The notes under the pieces were generated by a model. That model saw nothing but the letters and a program-made list of their open reading frames with translations. It was not told the DNA's origin and made no database searches. Shown piece after piece: positions 61,647 through 64,000 of a DNA stretch of 64,000 bases. This DNA comes from Cenococcum geophilum (Eukaryota): contig CP158635.1 in the NCBI GenBank assembly GCA_050273025.1, positions 13,454,001-13,518,000 of the forward strand, given 5' to 3'. Both the position numbers and the translations under genes were made by a program. Numbering within the stretch: position 1 is the first letter of the stretch; the number at the start of each line of letters is the position of its first letter.

Positions 61647-61683
61647 CTAAGTCAATTGTATAGAAATCTTAGTGTTGCAACTT

Positions 61684-63200
61684 ATGGCGCCCTAACAGCT
61701 GCCTACTTAATTGTTGGGCTGTACTCTAAAGCCTTCTATAAAAGCGGGCTTAATTTGCGCTTATTTCTGCTATCTTACAGCCGCCTAAGAAGAAGGTAAA
61801 GAGGAAGGCGAAGAAGGCGAAGAAGAGGCAGAAGATAATACCAGTACTATCGCCGTTACCGTTGCTGTCGCCGTCACTAGCAACGCCCGCAGAGCCTATA
61901 TCTACAGATAAGGTTAATAAGGGTAAGGATGAGAATACCTAGGAGCCTATAGAGGTGGAAGATAAGGATATAGGCTTGCCGTCGCCGCGCCCGTACGCTT
62001 TATAAGTGTTTGGAAGGCAGTTGCGAGTAGTAAAGAGGATACTCTCCCTAGCACAAGATTAGATGTTCTTAATACTAAAAATATATACTACTTTAAGCTG
62101 GATTAATGGCAGAACGAGACCGTACTTCTTCATTACTACGGAAGTTTAAGATTACTTAGCTCTAAGCTATCGCCTCTTATAAGAAGGCGCGGCAAGCTAA
62201 CTACTGGCCTTAAAATATTCGGTCAAGTAAGGATCTTAATTAAGCTCTCGCTATAATTGAGGAGTGGTATAAATGCTAGCCGTTAAAGTCTCTATCCTTA
62301 AACTTTACCTTATATTTAGTTAAGGATAAGGAGCTAGAGACTTAGGTTCTTATTATAACTCTAAGTTAGTATATAGGCGATATGCCTATAGGCAGAAGGA
62401 TAGCTATATAGCTTAACTTACGAATCCCCCTAACGTAATTGCTGGTAAGGAGGCCTCTGCCAATAGGATGCTAGTAATTGTAGATAGGTGGCCTTATATA
62501 AATATATATTACCGTAATAAAGGTAAGATATACTAGTAGAATAAGAAGTCGCCCGACTTGCCTACTACCGTAATTAACTATTATCCTATTAGTGTAGAAA
62601 ACTTCTAGTGGTGGAATAAAGAGCTCCTTTTAGGTGACTCTACTATTAAGCAGCCGTCGCAACATCTTATTATTAGCTTGGTCGGCTATAGAAAGAGAAG
62701 TTAAAAGAGCTAAAAGGAGCAGGTAGTAGAGAAGGAAGATTCTACTATATTACATATTAAGAAGCTAGCGTTAGTTATACTTATAAAGGAGCTTAAATCT
62801 ATAGGCTAAAATCCTTACCTTTCTTAATAATATCCTCCGCTATATTTAAATATCAAAGCACCCTAGAACTTAAGCCCTGTTTAGTCAGAAATAGATTTAG
62901 TTAAGCTACTTAGCTAGTTCTTTAAGTAGCTAGCTAACCAGCTAAAGTTTAATAGCGAGAGGTAGAGGGCTATTTTGGAGCCGATTAAGGATAAGTTAGT
63001 AGAGGAAGAATAGAATATTAACTCGCTAAAGTTATAGAAGCTAGGTAAAGGTATAACGTCAAATTAATAGGAGAACTACAGCTTTAAGATTGGAACGCTA
63101 TATAGAATTAGGCCTCTAATCTTAAAGTTTAAGCGCTTAAGATAGTAGCTATCTATTAATCTATTAATCTATAATATATCCTACCTCTTAGAAGTGCGCT
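61684..63200 (+). pseudogene. RIP-degraded gene of the same unknown Cys/His-motif family as ORF2 of the two-gene transposon (distant homologue)
   Basis: ATGGCGCCC at 61684; acidic tract at 61788-61840; RWP(C)...(H)(C)RNKGK.(C)(W)...(H)YP....F.WWNKEL..GDST..QPS at ~62482-62660; FF.(W)L...(W)NI(D)SL...Y(G)FKIGTL.RIR..I..FKR at ~62918-63137. Confidence 0.55.
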
Positions 63201-64000
63201 CCTATATATATACTATATACTTAACTAACAGCAAAATATAGAAAGCTCTCGAAGCTCTTAAATGTTAAGATTTGACCCTTTAGTGGCGTAGGGAGGTTAA
63301 TACCTAGTCTCCTTAATATTGTATTATATAGCTACTAGCCCTCTAATATTGGAGATAAAATAATTTAAGTAATTAGTATATTACATTTTAACATTAAAGT
63401 CCTTAACTAGCCGCTGGTTCCTTTTAATCTAAGCCTTAACGTTATTAAACGTAGCCTTAATAGGATTATAATCTGGTTAGTAGGGTAGTAGGAACTGGAG
63501 CTTAATACTATACTGCTTATAAAGTGTTAAGAATCGGCCTTCTAGTGGCGTAAGGAGGCTAGTAAAGCCAGCCTCCTTAATATTATACTATATAGCCACT
63601 AGTCTTTCCCTAAATAGATAAATTAAGCAATTAAAGTACTATATTTTAATAGGTTATAAGCCTAGATTATATAAATTAAATTAGCTAAGTTCTACTATAC
63701 TTTATAATTAACTATATAACCTACTAAAAGAATATATTTTAGAGAAGAGTCTACAGCCTTATAGCTATTTCCGCTATATACCTCTATAATATATATAAAC
63801 TAATTAAAATAAAAAGGCACGGAAAAAGGATTCTAGAAAGACTTTCTATAAAGGTAGCTAGGTACTAAGACGCTAAAAACCTAACCTTTTAAATCTCTTC
63901 CGAAACACTAAACCCCTATACTAGCCTTTCTATTTTATAAAAACAACTATATATCTAAACTTAAAATAGTTATATACTCTATTAAAATCCACTATAATAG

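Noticed and set aside
63640..64000. A convergent transposase partner for the gene at 61684
   Set aside because: I recognised no catalytic or family motif in any frame; left unassigned.
1..64000. AT-rich organellar or bacterial DNA, or an alternative genetic code with stop read-through
   Set aside because: Stops fall at positions expected for Gln/Trp/Arg codons, and paired repeats differ mainly by C>T/G>A, which RIP explains. No rRNA or tRNA genes were recognised.

Overview
This window is fungal (filamentous ascomycete-type) AT-rich repeat DNA. It is saturated by repeat-induced point mutation (RIP: C>T/G>A, strong TpA excess, stop codons in every long frame). I see no intact host gene, RNA gene or CRISPR array. 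After manually reverting RIP, almost the whole window resolves into a nested stack of dead transposons, most with checkable termini and target-site duplications (TSDs). LTR elements: four Ty3/Gypsy chromoviruses (one truncated by the window start), one Ty1/Copia, a small non-autonomous LTR element and a solo LTR. DNA elements: a head-to-tail Crypton (tyrosine recombinase) dimer, a pogo/Fot1 element, a hAT element carrying a DUF3716-type gene, several MITEs and minisatellite-filled non-autonomous TIR elements. Non-LTR: two copies of an ORF1-only LINE derivative. The most unusual item is a two-gene IS630/Tc1-type transposon (20021-37994, inserted into a relative that starts near 7446). Its ~211-bp terminal inverted repeats each end at the inferred start codon of one of two convergent genes, a DDE transposase and an unknown Cys/His-motif protein, resembling MuDR. 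Its apparent TSD is AT rather than TA. A third, distant homologue of the unknown gene lies at 61684-63200. All protein calls come from manual translation with RIP reversal; no database searches were run.
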